From the NCBI GenBank assembly GCA_951406725.2, contig OX597830.1, forward strand, positions 31,186,001 through 31,250,000: a stretch of 64,000 bases of DNA. The letters run 5' to 3'. Origin of the DNA: Octopus vulgaris (Eukaryota). Below are positions 1 through 15,710 of the stretch, piece after piece. The notes beneath the pieces are model-generated. The model did no database searches. It worked only from the letters and a program-made list of their open reading frames with translations, and was not told the DNA's origin. A program made the translations under genes and the position numbers. How positions within the stretch are numbered: position 1 is the stretch's first letter; the number at the start of each line of letters is the position of its first letter.

Positions 1-323
1 TTATATAGGTTTGTCATTTTTTACTTGTATGTGAGTGTATGGCAAGCATGCTGGTCGTTTTGATTTCTTTTTCTTTTTTGCGTCTTTCCGTGATAAATAT
101 TCTCAAGAGTCATGTAAAGCAATATGTGTGAATGTGAGAAACTTCATGTTTATGGACCTATGTGTACGGCCATATGTACATACGTGTACACACATTTAGG
201 CCTGTCTGCTTTCCCGCTTTCCCTCCCTAATTCCCTTTTGGATATATATATGTGCAAAGCAGCATACCTGTTTATCTCTGTATTAGGCAGTATGTGTATG
301 TGCCCCTCTGTGACTGTGTACAA

Positions 324-365
<42 letters not shown>

Positions 366-1998
366 TATGTCTATATGTGCATGCATGAATATATGTGTGC
401 GTATATATGTCGATATGTGTGTGTGTGTGTGATATGAAGATTAGTTTATTTAGCCCTGTACACTGCAGCCATTATTCTAATTAAGACATATTTGCATTTA
501 AATGACAATAGAAGAACTCTATAATTACTGCCTAAAACATGACCTTTCCCTGGCTGACACATCAGTTTTTGTCATGTTGTTGTTGTTGCTGTTGTTGGTT
601 GTTTTCTTCCATTTTTTTTCATCTATTTTATTATTATTATTATTATGTGTTTTTGTTTTTTTTACTCGGAGACAAGACCAGAAGAGAAAGAAGAACGAGA
701 AATGAAACAATGAAGCAAGATGTTAAAAACAAACAAACAAACAAACACACAAAAAAAAAAAAAACTTGAAATTAAAGAAAAAAAACACCCCTAAATGAAG
801 GGAGAAAATGAAGGAAAAAAAAACCTAAGAAAAACAAATATTAAACATAAAGAAAATAAATATGAAGAGGAAAAAATCCTTTTCGCTTTACTTCTACATT
901 TTAAAAATTTTACTGTAATTTTTATTTTTCAAATTATTTGTTCATTATTATTATTAGTAGTAGTATTAGTATTATTTATTGGTAGTGTTGATGTTAGTGG
1001 TTGTTACGATGGTGTTGGTACTGTTGGTAGCTATGATGGTGGCGGTGGTGTAGTCGTTATTGGTTGTGGTGGCGACAGCAGTGGTGGTGGTGATGGCAGT
1101 TTAAAAAAAAAATTTTTTAAATACTTTATTTTTTGTCATCTGTTGTTTTTGTTTGTTTTTTTTTTATTTTCTCTCTTTGTTTTCTGTCTGTGCCTTTTGT
1201 TTTTTGTGTAATATTTCTCTCTCTACTTTTTTTATTTTTAAATATCTAAATAATTGGAAAAATTTAATTTAAATTTGATATTTTTGGATTGCTTGCTTTC
1301 CTTCTTTGTCTTGTATTTTCATCCTAGTTTTTTTTTTTATTCTATATTTTATTTTTCTTCAAATTTTATTTTCAGTCGATTTGCTTTTTTTTTTTTGTTT
1401 TGTGTGTGTTATTGTTGTTTTGTTCACTTTTTTTCTTGTAAAAGTAGTTATTTTACTTGTTTGTAATTTTTGTTTGTTTTATTCAAAGAAACCACACACA
1501 CACACACACACACACTCATTTGTTTCAGTTTATTTATTTATATTTTTACATGTTATTAACAAAACTGTATAAAGAATAAAAACAAAAGAAACCGAAATTA
1601 AACAACAACAACAACAACCTTAACAATATTACTACTACTACTAAAGATAATAATACCAAAGCAAATACTAATAAAATAGAGTAAAATCATCAATCAGTTC
1701 TTTTTGTTTTTATCGTTTCTCTCTCTTTTTCACATCTCACCCTCTTGCACTCCTTCTTTCTCAAATATTTTCTCCCTTTCTAATATGATCTCTCTGTTTC
1801 TCTCTCTCGCTTATTGACATATATATTCTCATTCTTTGTTTCCATACGTCTGTCTTTCTATCAATCTCTCTATTTTTGATCATCATTAATTAATGCACTC
1901 AGAATACACAGACATACACATGTACAGACACACACACACACACACTCAAAAACAGCTACAGTTTACACAGTAAACACATATATACAGGTGCACTGATG

Positions 1999-2040
<42 letters not shown>

Positions 2041-2276
2041 TTTTTTTCCATACATCATCAATGGCGTTTCCAGGGTCATTAGGTGTCCCAGAGTCTTTCA
2101 ACATCAGGACCCCACTCACCCAGCTGACCCAGCCAAGGTTGACAAAGCTCTACCTTGTGTCCAGTTAGCAGCACTCCTGATAGGGTTGCCCCTTCCAGGG
2201 TTTGCACCTCCTGATACACAGCCCCTTTGAAGCAATATCTGTTCCCACAAACATATCTGCATGTGTGTGTGCTTAT

Positions 2277-2332
<56 letters not shown>

Positions 2333-4317
2333 GGACAATAAGAGTTGGTTGAGCAAGAGTCATAAAATGGTAAATCAGATCAAGATATGTCTAATGATAG
2401 TAAGTTCACAGGTATGTACAGTTTTGATTCAATTATATATGAAGTTGCACTAGAGTCGAAATGAAATCTGGACTAATTTGTTTTGACTAATTCCATGCCA
2501 GCATGGAACACTTTAAATGATAATATCATCAATGATATTACACACATACACACACACACAAATTAATAAAATGTGCAAATTATGTGTTTGTGTATAGTCC
2601 TTATACATGTACTTGAACGCATGAAAGCTTGTGTATATTGTTTTAAGACAATATAATCAATTTTTAAAGGTGTATTTGTTCTTAAATTTTAATTATCTGT
2701 TTGTTTATTTATCCATTACCATCAAATCACCATGGTTAGGCAAACAGTGTCACGATTGTTGTTACAGTATGGATCTGAGAGCGCTGGTTGAAGCATCAAT
2801 GTCATACCATCATATTCTTCTCCCCTCTGCATCAAAACTTCATTCAGAATCTAATGGCTCGTATTCATGTTTAATAATCTTCAGGATTGTGAACATGATA
2901 ATGTTCACAATCTTCATGATAATGTTCACAATCATTATCATCCTTATTATCAACTCTTATGGGTTATTTTGGGTTCAGCTTAATCATGGTATGAATTCAA
3001 GACTTAAATATAAATAGAAAAACAAAAGGGAGGGGCTATATTAATTTGATTAGAAGAGAGGCTGGAGATAGGGAGAGGGTGATTGAAAAGAAAAGGATAG
3101 TAAAGAAAGCAGAAAGGCATGGAAATTTACTAAATGACCTTTTCCTGATGCAGAAATGTCTAGTGCATTGCTCCTCACACACACACACACACACACGCAC
3201 ACACTCATTAAGATCCCTCTCTGTTTTATTTCCCTTGCTATTCTTCTTCATGCATGATAAACAAATAAGACAAAGATCCTGAAATGGTTCACAGAAAGAG
3301 CAAGGAGGCTGAAGAAAGTGAAAGGTGAGAAATATTAATTAATGGACTGCTGATGAACAGGTGAGAAACTTTCAAAGGTGATGGTGGGATGAAAACAATG
3401 AAGATGATGATGATGATAAAGCTCACAAGGAGTACATAATGATGAGAGAACATAAGGATAATGATAGTTGAATTGTGATGAAGATGGTGGTGCTGTGGTG
3501 GAGATGATGGTAATGCTGATAAAAATCATGATGAGTGAAAATCCTGATAATGGTAGTATGAATGAATGATGATGTAGAAGAAAATACTTTGAATGGATAG
3601 TGAGTTAAACTAAAAAAAAATATAGAGAGAGAGGGGGGGAATAGAGAGGTAAAATGGAGAATGCATAAAAAAAGGGAAAAAATCAAAAAGATTGACAGAC
3701 AGAGAAAACGATATAAGATAAAGGGGAAAAAGAAGGAAATATAACAGGTGTTGTTTAAAGGACTAGTAAACCATCAACACCACCATCACCACTCATAAAA
3801 AAAAAATAAATAGTGAGATGAAAAGGAGGTGACCTGAGAGACTGTGGGTGAGAGGTCACAGAAAAAATGTAACCCAACAGTTAATCAATAATTTTGAAAT
3901 TCCATCTTTCACCACATGCAAACACATGTAGACTCATACACACAAGCACACACACACATGGATGCATGCATGCATGCAAGCTGACAGAGATCTGTGAGAC
4001 TGAATGAACTTTGACAAATCATCAGGCAAATTAATTAAACAACAAGAAGAGCAACATAAGGGAGAAAATAAAAGGAGTAGCATGTTGGTTGAATATTCAA
4101 GGTCTTTGGCGCAAATATCTTGGCACTGACACAGGACGACATTTTGTCAGAGCTATATTTTAGCTTTGCTTTAGTTGCAAATCACAGTCTCATATTTTGT
4201 GATGACAAATGTGTGTATGAGTGTGTGTGTGTGTGTACGAGTGAGTGAGTGGTGATGAAAATCAGGATTGATTCTTAGCACAAGTGGTTTTCCTTTTCTT
4301 TCGCTAAAGCAACAATA

Positions 4318-4381
4318 GTTGTGGATTTAATGTAGTAGACTACTGACCAGATGGTGACGAGTTCAAAACTTGCAAGAACCA
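4318..4381 (+). pseudogene. Degenerate tRNA-like sequence (tRNA pseudogene or SINE head)
   Basis: gtggatttaatg A-box remnant, cgag-ttcaaaa-cttg T-arm/B box, ending in acca. The cloverleaf is not intact. Confidence 0.3.
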
Positions 4382-6545
4382 CGGGGCAATGTAAGGTAGA
4401 AATAACAAAGACTACATAAGCCTGTTTTGCTTGATTGACAAACAGGTCCCGTCCCGAATTCACAGTTGGCTAGTTAGTTAGTGGTGGTACTGATGATGAT
4501 GATGATGATGATGTAATCCAGCTGCAGAAAAAGCAACTCTTTTGACAATATGCAAATATCCAAATTTGAAAAACCAGTAAAGAATACATCACCTTTTATA
4601 CTAAACATTGAAAAATTCATCTCAAACAGCAAATAAAAGTATAAAAAGGGAAAAAAAAAACACAGAAAAGCAAGCATGAGAATGTATATGTGCATGTGAG
4701 TGATGATTTTAATTTAGATGCTTCTATTTGCATTACAAAAGAGTAATAGCCAGTCTTTATCAAAATGACAAGCGTTTTTGTTGCAGTTTAGATAGCATGA
4801 AGCATATGTATTTGTGTGTTCATGTATATGTATTTGTATAGCAATATATGCACAGGAGTCCATACATGTATGTCTAGTGAGTGGAAAATAATTTTTGATG
4901 TTACTTGGTTTTTTGGATTTTTTTTTCATTTGTGAGAACATGTGTGAAGCACTTGTTTATTTTCACTTTTATATATATATATATATATATATATTCTTTT
5001 GTCTTTTTCTCTTTCCTCTTCTCCTTATTGCTAAAATGTAACTTGATTGATGTGATGCATTGACTGGCATGATGCAATTCTGAAAGGCTGGATTGACTGT
5101 CTATGTGTCTTTTGTTGGTAACCTTGACTTTCAGTAATATTGTCAAGATGCATAAATGTTTGAGTGTGTGTGTGTGTGTGTTTGTGTGTGCGTGCGTGTG
5201 TGTGTGAGCACGGATATATGTGTGCACTTTTGTTAGCAAGTATTTGTGGTCAGGAAGTAAAAAAAAGCAAAAAACATGGCATACGTCTACGTGACACACA
5301 ATACAAATATATATATTCATACAAATCATGTACACACACAAATATGTATACACAAACACACAAGCCATGTAAAGAATCAAAACATTTAACAGTTCTGATT
5401 TTATTTAAATTGTTAATCGTCTAACACTAATTCCCTTACAACATTTTAAGGGGAAGACTTACAACCATATCTCTAGTTTATCCATTAGTTACTAAAATGG
5501 TATATAAAATATAGCACTCATTTGAATAAAACAGAAATGCCTACTTATACATACAGATAGACATGCATGAATTTGTGCTCAGCAAACTAAAGTTCAGTGT
5601 CGCTATTAATGGAGGCTGTAGTCTCTCTTTGATTCCTTATAGCTATATAACAGAACATTTCAAAGGTATTGTCATTGCCGTCCAGAGGATATGGTGGATT
5701 CTCTGTTAGTTTCAGGGATGAACATTCAAAATTGTAAAACAAACTGAATAACTACGTATGAAATATGTCTAAGGGACAAGAATATTCTACAGACATACCT
5801 ATGCCTAATGTACTTCTCAGGTGAAATCAGCATGATACAATGTGACATAGATGGACCTTTGAAAACAAGTATAATTCAAAGAGAGAGAAAACGAGAAGAA
5901 CTGAACCAATTATGGGACTGATACTTGATCACACTCTGGCAAGATTTGAACTCCATGTGCAGGGTGCCAGAGAGGATATGGTATTGCATACTACTATCCA
6001 ATATTCTAATGGTTCTGCTAACTGGCCAACTTGCAAGAGGAAACAGGCATAGATTAGCCAATAAACAATAATAGTAATATTAAATAATAATAGTAATATT
6101 AAAACTGCAAAGACAAAAACGAAAAAACAAAAAAAAGAAATAGAAGAAAAGCAGTGCACGTAAAAATATCAGCTGAATCACCTCTCAGACATATATCAGA
6201 TATAAATATTGTTGTGGAAAAACAGCTACCCATCAAAATTCACTGTTTAGGTATGAAATACTAAGTAAAGAAGAGAGACACCAATGGACTTCAATGTTAT
6301 ATACAAAAACTGCTGTTGAGTCCAAAAAGGTAGCGTAGCCATTTGATAAATAGAGACGGATGAAATAAGTACTGGGTTTGATATGATGGACAACAACCTG
6401 TGGAGGTGTTGTTTCAGCACAACCACAGTCCAATAACTTGAATCAATATGCACACACACACTACCACACACACACACACACACACATATGCACACATGAA
6501 AACGCATATTAGTAATTGCAATACTTTTCAAGATATAATACATAC

Positions 6546-6604
<59 letters not shown>

Positions 6605-8168
6605 GTTGTATGCATTTGATTATCTCACCCACACACAAGCTAACAATAAAAATGCGAAACTGAGGAATTACTGAATACTTGAATCAAAACAGCTTCCAAG
6701 AAGGACAATAGCGAGAAAATTACAACACAGACAACTCGAAGAGATTATAAGACACAATAACAAATCAAAGTCTTTAGAGTTGATCTAGCTTAATTAGGCT
6801 GGGTTTTCTGTATCTATGTGTTACTATGTGTACGTGTGTGTGTGCTTAATTGTCAGTGTGCATAAATGTAAATATCTACTGTATATTTCTGCCTCTGTAA
6901 CAATCTTGTATCTTCCTCTTAATATCTCTTCTTGTTTTAGTTAAAACATTTTACTCATTTGTAAAGTTGTTTTGTTATTGTTATTTCTGCTGTTGCTGTT
7001 GTTTTTGTTGCTGTCGTCATTAAATCGAGTTATGAGCAACCTAATGTTCACCAAACACAGTTAATTTGTTAATTTAACTAAGTGGAAAGGCCTATAATAA
7101 CAAGGGTAAACAATCCATCGTCACCACCAGCCTTGCACCAGTGAGTGGAAATTATAGAGTAAGGGCAGAAAACAATCACAACTGCAATAGCAAGAACGAC
7201 AACACTAAGTAATACGGACAACAACAGCAACAACAAAATTAAGTCAACAAGGCAACAACAAAAATACTCAAATAAAGAGAAGAATAAAAAACACTGCCGT
7301 GAAGAGAAGGACCTGTGCAAAGTATTAATACCGTCCAATGCAAATATCTGATAGATACAACAATGACGATAATGATGATGATGATGATGATGATGAGAAG
7401 GAGAAAGACAATGTTACTGATATCTCGTAACCATTAACAGTGATTTTTTTTTAATACTGTCCCAAGATCACATATTTGTAGAAGGGTATAACTGATTGAA
7501 CTAATGTCGAGACACATCTAGAGTTGGCTCTACCATGATTTGAACTTAGAGAGGAAGTTACACACTGTCAGGTGCTCCATCTACCATTTCTACTAATTCA
7601 TCCAGTATAGCTATCTGCCAGCAATAAACAAAATGATGCACGATTGTTGCATTTAAGCATGTCTTTCCCAAGATCAACGGCAGAAATTTCTAGTGGAAAT
7701 TTCAGCAAAGAATCAAAATTTAAGTCCCTGACATGCACTTGATGACAGCTTATGGCTATACCATTGCAACATGACAGCATTGTACCTGGTACCCTAATAA
7801 CGACTTGTCTGTGATTATATACAAATCCAAACGGATAGAGACGAGGAGCAGTGAGCTGAACAGATTCCAGTACATTACTGATATCTTGCTTTCCTTTTTT
7901 TTTTTGCTCTCTTTTTTTGTTTTTTATATGACATTTATCAACCACTAAAAAAAATTATGAAAATATCAAGCCACCCACCAACAAATACATGACAACATGT
8001 AACAGGCAAAAACTGTCCAAAAAAGATTGCTCCTTTTTGTTTTTGCATTTGAACATGTGCATCCCTATGTCTGTACAAGTATGTATGTGTATGTGACAAG
8101 AGAGTACTAGTAGCTCAAAGCATGTCAATACGAGGAGTACAAACACACACACACACACTCACACATAC

Positions 8169-8207
<39 letters not shown>

Positions 8208-8639
8208 CATATATTTTTTTATACACCTAGGCCTATTCTCCATTTTTTAGGAGGGGGTAGCCACAACAAGATACACACCAGGCATTTCACATTCAGGCCT
8301 ATTATATAAAAAGAAATACAAAATACATATATGCATACCTGTAATATTTCAAATCAGTCTACATAAGTGTTACTCAGTGTATTAATAATATATATAGATC
8401 TGAAATCTATCTGTCTCTAGTGTTTTGAATGTTGAATGTGTATATGCTTGTCTGGGTGTATATAAGTATATGTGAGAGATTTTCTTGCAAAAAAAACCAA
8501 AAAGCAAGTGTTTTGTTCGATCAGAGGTAATGGTAGCATGTGGGTTGAGTTCACATAAGTACTTGTTATTATTGTTATAAAAGTAATAAGGGAGAAGGGT
8601 GTCACAGAGGGTGGGTTAGGACGAAGATAATAACAATAA

Positions 8640-8740
8640 TCCTTTCTACTATAAACACAAGGCCTGAAATTTGGGGGGGGAGGGAGGGATAGTTGATTAC
8701 ATCGACTCCAGTATACAACTGGTACTTATTTCATTAACTC
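8640..8740 (-). mobile_element. Family-1-related SINE 3' fragment
   Basis: cacaaggcctgaaatttggg...gattacatcgactccagtatacaactggtacttatttc matches the copy at 36660-36740. Confidence 0.65.
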
Positions 8741-8889
8741 CACATGCCAGCAATGCTTGGAGACTGAACAAGTGTATGCTGTATGGTTACATCAATCATC
8801 AGCTCATATCTCAGACAGTCCCACTTATAGCACTTTTATAACTGTAAAGTTTATCGTTACTACTACTACTAATAATAATAATAATTCAT

Positions 8890-9088
8890 GCAGTGCCACG
8901 TAAAAGCATGCAGTACACTCTGTAAAGTGGTTGATGTTAGGAAGGGCATCCAGCTGTAGAAACCATGCCAAATCAGATTGGAGTCTGGTGCAGTCCCCCA
9001 GCTTGCCAGCTCTGGTCACACCGTCCAACCCATGCCAGCATGAACAACAAACGTTAAATGACGACGACGATGATGATGATGATGATGA
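8890..9088 (+). mobile_element. SINE 3' part with an RTE-like tail ending gttaaatga(cga/tga)n
   Basis: gtgccacgtaaaagca...aggaagggcatccagctgtagaaacc...aacccatgccagcatg...gttaaatgacgacgatgatg. The same motifs recur at 34305-34392, 24050-24110, 2492-2520 and 39537-39560. Confidence 0.7.
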
Positions 9089-10005
9089 ATGGAATGAGGT
9101 GCTGGTAGAGGTGATGGGAGAAGAGACGAAAAGAATCAGGAGAGTGCAGACTGTTAGCATGTATTCCATAACTGCCCCAGATGGGACATATTTCCGCTAC
9201 TTATAACATACAAGCAAGAAGATCAATAACCATGATGCAACTGGAGCTTGAAAAGTAGTCTGTGAAAGACTAAAACATACTGCAGAGAATGGTGAGAGAG
9301 AGAGAGAGAGAAAGAGGGAGAGAGAGAGAGACAGACAGACAGACAGAATCATAGAAACTGATACTTAGTGAGATAATGAAAAAGGAGAGAAGTTATGGGA
9401 CAGTCAAGGAAGAGAAAAAAAAAAATGAAAATCGGATTTTGCATATTAGACAGACTGAGGGTGTGTCATATGTATTTATGCATGTGTGTGAGTGTTTGTG
9501 TGTTAGTATTAAGGTATTGTAAGTTATTGAAACAGAAATTAATATACACACACACACACGGTGGAGGGGGGGATAATAGAGAGTAAGAGGGAGAGAGAGG
9601 GGGAGGAGCAAACAAACCATGTGCTACAAACTAACCAGCTACACAACTACAGGTGGCTACAATGCAATTAGTAGTTAGCAGGTGGGAAAGCAACCACAGC
9701 ACCAGCAACAACCACAACAGTGGCAAAATGGCCTTATTATACTGAATGCAGCCTGACCAACTGACTACTGGCCAGCCAGCAAACTGCCCCACCGAATACC
9801 CAAAATGCACAGCAAGATTTAACTTACAATTTTCTTCTATTTCATTTTTATTGTTTTTACTTTAGTTTTTTTTTTTTTTTATATTTATCATTATTATTAC
9901 CTGTTTTGAACTGAACTGACTGCTTACCTGGTATTGTGTTATATGTATATGCACACACACACTTTCCGTTTTTATCTTTTCTACCTGTGTTTTGTTAATT
10001 GGCAA

Positions 10006-10386
<381 letters not shown>

Positions 10387-11568
10387 GGAGGATACATGAA
10401 GATATGTAGAATATATAAAACATAACAAAGTCTTTTAGTATGAAATGACACATTCTAGTTGTTAATCTTAAAGTCACAAAGAAGTTCCTTCAGGTTACTT
10501 TGTGTGTGTGTGTGTGTGTGTGTGTTCAGTTGCTCTCTGATAACTGCATTGTTTCGCATAGACAAATAGAGTTACCTTTCCTTTAATGTAGAAATAAGTG
10601 TCTTAGGTTAGAGACACAACAAAAGTCATGCACATGAACACGCCACATATGTGATTGTAGCACACAATTCCTAATCCATTTGACTATTTGGCTAATACAT
10701 ACAAACACACAGACAGGCATAAATACACACACATGTGTGTGTATTTACACAAACACTCAGACACATATCTGAATAGAATATAAAGCAAAAAAACAAAAAT
10801 AAATCAAACAAGGAAGACAAATAAAATTAAAAAAAAAAAGGAAGAACTTCTGAATGAAAGAAATTTGTAGATTAGAGATTGTTTAACTAAAGGAATGGAA
10901 AAATGGGAGTGGTATTGGAACATGAGAATGGTGTTGGTGGATGTGATGATGGAGGTGGTGGTGGTGGTGGTGGTGGTGGTGGAGCAATAGGGAGCAATGT
11001 ACAGGAAGAGAATGGCTATTGCCCAATGCATCTAATGAATTCCTTCAGCTAATCTAATCTAGTTGAACAAGATACATCATGGATGGAGATCCACAAGCTG
11101 AAAACATCAAGGGCAAGTTCAAAAGGTCAGAGGTGTCATTTCTTGAAGACTTCATCAATTGTGCATTAAAGTTTGGATGCTGAATAAAGGAAGACAGTGA
11201 GGTAAGGGGAGAGAGACAGAGAAAGAGAGAGAGTGGACTTAGAAGTGATGTGGAGAATGGTGGAGAAGTAAGGGGTGAGAGACATTGACGGTGTGTAAAT
11301 ATTAGTGCATCGCTGGAAGAAGATATGTTTATGCATATGTATGCAGGTACATATGTATGTATGTATGTATGTTTGTGTGTATGTGCAGAATTAAATATAT
11401 ACACTAATGCTCTGTCGAAGTGTGTAATACGGTGTGATGGGCTGAAAACGATCAGATATATACGGAGGGGTATCTGTATATGTGTGTGTGTGTGTAGAAC
11501 GGAATAATGGTTGTTTGTATGTCATGTATGTGTCAAGTGTGTGTGAATGTGTGCTAGCGAAGTATGTA

Positions 11569-11608
<40 letters not shown>

Positions 11609-13799
11609 AGTGTAAGTGTGTGTCTAAGAAAACTGAATTCAAATGTCCATACATATGCAAGTATATGTAAATGTAAAGTGTTAATTATCACTTTAAATGT
11701 ATATGTGACTGAGCACATGTATGTCTGGAACACATCTGTGTACAAAGGATAGGCTTTTGACTTCTCAGATGCACTATAATCTACCTAAGTCACTGTAAAT
11801 TGCATCAGGTGTATAGGCATGCTTATGTTCATGTACATACACATTTCAAACATACATACATACATACATACACAAACATGCATTCATACAAAGTGTCTCA
11901 TAAGTCTATTAGATCTTGAAATACAAAACAAGTATGAATAAATGCTAGCTTACATAGTAGACGACACATTTTATATGTGTCTATGTTCTAGTGTCTTTCT
12001 CTATCCATTTATCCAATCTATCTCTCAGTGGAAAGATGTTTTGCGCTAGACTGATATCACATAACATAGATTTTCTACTCTCCAACTTTAGTCAGTCTCT
12101 CTCTCTCCCTTTTTTATATTCTCTCTTACACAAAAACACATTCTTTCCCTGTCTCTTTATCTTCATGTCTGTTGCCCCTCTGCTCTTTTCATCCTTAGTT
12201 TTATCTAACTAGTTCAACTAACGTACATAACATCACACACAATATATTACACATACATCAACTAAAAAAAGTCAACTTCTACACACACACACACACACAC
12301 ATAAAAACAACAACAACAACAAAAAGACCAGCATTAATAACAGGAGCAAATAACAAAAACAACAGTCTAAAAAAAAAAAGCAAAACAAATCCAAAGAAAA
12401 TGGGAATGTGATTGGAATGGACTTGGGCACTATCATTCCATTCCATATAAAAGCGATGGTGCGGGGATTTGAGGTTAGCAGAGGAGGAGTTTAACTTAAC
12501 ATGTGACCTTTCAGAAAAGGTCAGTTTCCCACCTCTAAAACAAACAAAGGAAAACATTACCCAGACCAACCCACCCCAGTATCATCATCATCTGCATCAA
12601 TAACACCAGGAATGAGAACAACTACAACAACAATAATGATGAGAAATAAGAAAGAAGATAATGAATTACCAAAAGGCCACATTTTTTCGGAATACTTTTG
12701 TTATTATCCTGTTGAAGTCTAAGCTATATCTTATATTTCATTTTTATCCTGTTATTACTATTGTTATTTTTATTATTATTATTATTATTATATTAAAATT
12801 GTACAGAGTGCAAATGGCTGAGCTGATAGGGTGCCAGACAAACATCTGAGAAGACAGCTGTTCATATCCTGTCACTGACACTGCGTGTATGTTTGTAACC
12901 AAGATACTTAACCCTCTAATGACCAAGACTGCATGTTTGTAAGTAGGTGCTGTAGTAGTGTAATTCCCAGCTGAAAACAGTGGCTATACTCTAAAAACTG
13001 AATAGAAATATGATTTCTCAACTTTCAATGCTAACTTCCCCACTTTCCATGTGAGAGTGTAACTGCAATAGGTTGGCATCCAATCCATAGCAAGGAGATC
13101 TCTCTATCATCTGCTGAAGACCAATATCAACAGCACTAAACATTGGCCTAAAGAAGTATGGGAATCAAAATACAAAGAGGCAGATTATGATGCTTAAGAA
13201 GCAGAGGAAATTAAGCTCCAGATTTCAAATTGCTAGAATGAAACTTTGCCTTTTATCTCTCTAGTGTTAGTAAACCAGGTTCACTATTAGATAATTCAAT
13301 TGACTATACACCTTCCTTTATAACTTTCAGAAATTTGGTACTACTGAAAGTACTATTACCATTATTAATAAATACTCTAACCGTTGACTTTTCTTTTCAT
13401 CATTCCATGGTCTAATTTAACTTTTTATATCCCTACCTCAAAACTTAATCAAAAATGACTAGTTTTTGTGATGTCTTAATCTGTGAGACACTAGAAAAAA
13501 TATAACTGACAGTGTTGGTAGAGTGTTAGTATAATATTGTCACTCTAAATTCCAAGTCCATACTGCGTCCAGATTGGTTTTGCTTTTCAAAAACTCAAGG
13601 TTTATGGATATAATTATCATTATTGATACAAATCAATCAGCTAAAGACATTTTCTTGAAAGTGTTTGGGCTGGTATCAATGTAACAGTCATAATAATTTT
13701 AATTATGAACATCTTATTATTACTAAAATATTAGTAATAAAAAGTTATTTCTACTACTACAACTAAAATGGCGAAAATTATTAATATGATGACGATGAC

Positions 13800-14030
13800 A
13801 GATGGTTGATTTGCAGAATCATAACAGCATGAGATAAAAAATTTTTTCAGAGCCAAGCTACAGCTCTTTACATCCTGAATTCAAATCCTGACAATATCAT
13901 CTTAGCTTTCATCTTTACAACATTGATAAGATATAGTACCAGTTAAGTACTGGGAGGTGGGGGGTTCAATGTAACTGACAAACCCCTCTCCCTAAAATTA
14001 CTGGCTTTGTGTCAAAATTACTAACAATCA
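13800..14030 (+). mobile_element. Decayed family-1 SINE (CpG-depleted)
   Basis: tgcagaatc head, tgaattcaaatcc B box, gctttcatc...agtaccagttaagtactggg body. Confidence 0.6.
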
Positions 14031-15014
14031 TCAACACCAATAGCAGTTGTAGTAGATATTCTATCTCTCTCAGTATTATATTTTCTACTTATTTTTTTAA
14101 TTCTTTTTATTAAACTCCAAAAAATTCTTTCTTTTGCTGGTCTCCCCCCACTTTTTTTTATTTTTCAGTACTTTATTTTCTTCAATATTGCTTTTTTTCT
14201 TTCTTTCTTTTAATTTATTATTTTTTTTTATTTTATTTCTCTCTCTCTTTTTTTTCTTCCTTTTTCTTTCTTTTCTCAGAGAATGAATAATCTGTGAACT
14301 GTTATTGTTTGATGGCTCTGAAGATGAACTACCATGATTAAAGGCTGGAATGATACGCTTTTCTGGAAGTTTCTATAGATAAGTGCACATTTTGTTGATC
14401 AGAATAGAATTTGAAACATTCTTCACTAGCTATTAATTAATCTCTGGAGAAACGGCCTGGCATTGTACTGTTCATTATAAGACATAACAACTAAAGAAAG
14501 AGGGAAAAAAAAATTATATATGCTTGTGTGTGTGTAAACATACACACACTATGTCTATATATTCATTTAGAAATACACACATCATACACACACTCAAACA
14601 TAGATACATCTCCATAAACACATATACACACACAGATGTAGATTTATATATAAAAATGTAGTCATGTGTATAAAACAAGTAAAACAAGATATACATAAGC
14701 ACACACACATGTATGTATGTATGTATATATACAGTGCTAACAATGGGGTGTATGTACTTTGCAAAACGTGGGAATAAACTATGAGCCTGCGGTAAAATAT
14801 GATAGATAAAATTTCACTCACAGACGCATACACACATACATGTTTACATGCTTTTGTATGCATACATATACACATGCAAGTATTCATCCTCATCTTGTTT
14901 AAATAACCAAACATACATACATGTATATATGTATGAATAAATATATACGTGTATATCAAAACACTGATATGTGTATCTACAAATAAACAAACAGAATGGC
15001 ACACATACATGTGC

Positions 15015-15053
<39 letters not shown>

Positions 15054-15130
15054 ATTCTGTAAATACTTCTTAGTAATCTATCAAAAAGCATACAACAGCT
15101 ATGAATTTCTAAACAATACACTGGGATATA

Positions 15131-15199
<69 letters not shown>

Positions 15200-15710
15200 G
15201 CACATACACTTAAGAGTCTATTTGTTCATCAGAACAAATAACCACAAAACAGAAATAAAAGAATACCAGGCTATGATGAAGTAGGGATGATAGATAAATT
15301 TATATTTTAGCTGAAAATGGTAAATCACTGATGAGCATAGCTATGTTTCATCTTGCAAACCATCAGGGTAATGAAAGAGAGGGCTAGCAAACATACAGAT
15401 ATGCAGACAAAATAGCAGCATGTAATTTAAAAAGCAGGGGCCAAAATATACATTGAGAGAAGGTAGGGATGTGATTATCATGACAGACATTATGAAGGAA
15501 GTCATTATGGCATTTTAGAATTTAATGTACGCGGATGGATACATACACTAGACACGCACATAAACATATATTGGTTCATGTCTTCATAGCTATAAAGCTC
15601 AGGTGTCTGCAAATCACAAAAACATACTCAATCCATTCCTGGGAATCCAAACCTCTTTAGATGAAACACTTTGCAGGTTGTAATTTTGTAATATAAAATA
15701 CATGCACACA

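Noticed and set aside
7785-7856. Minus-strand exon-like block (LTAPRLYPFGFVYNHRQVVIRVP)
   Set aside because: Weak splice signals and no recognisable protein similarity in any frame.
11079-11183. Short plus-strand ORF MDGDPQAENIKGKFKRSEVSFLEDFINCALKFGC
   Set aside because: No recognisable homology, splice context or promoter evidence. Its length is expected by chance.
15326-15356. ctgatga followed by a hairpin, a possible hammerhead
   Set aside because: The stem is followed by tttc instead of GAAA, so the core is incomplete on both strands.
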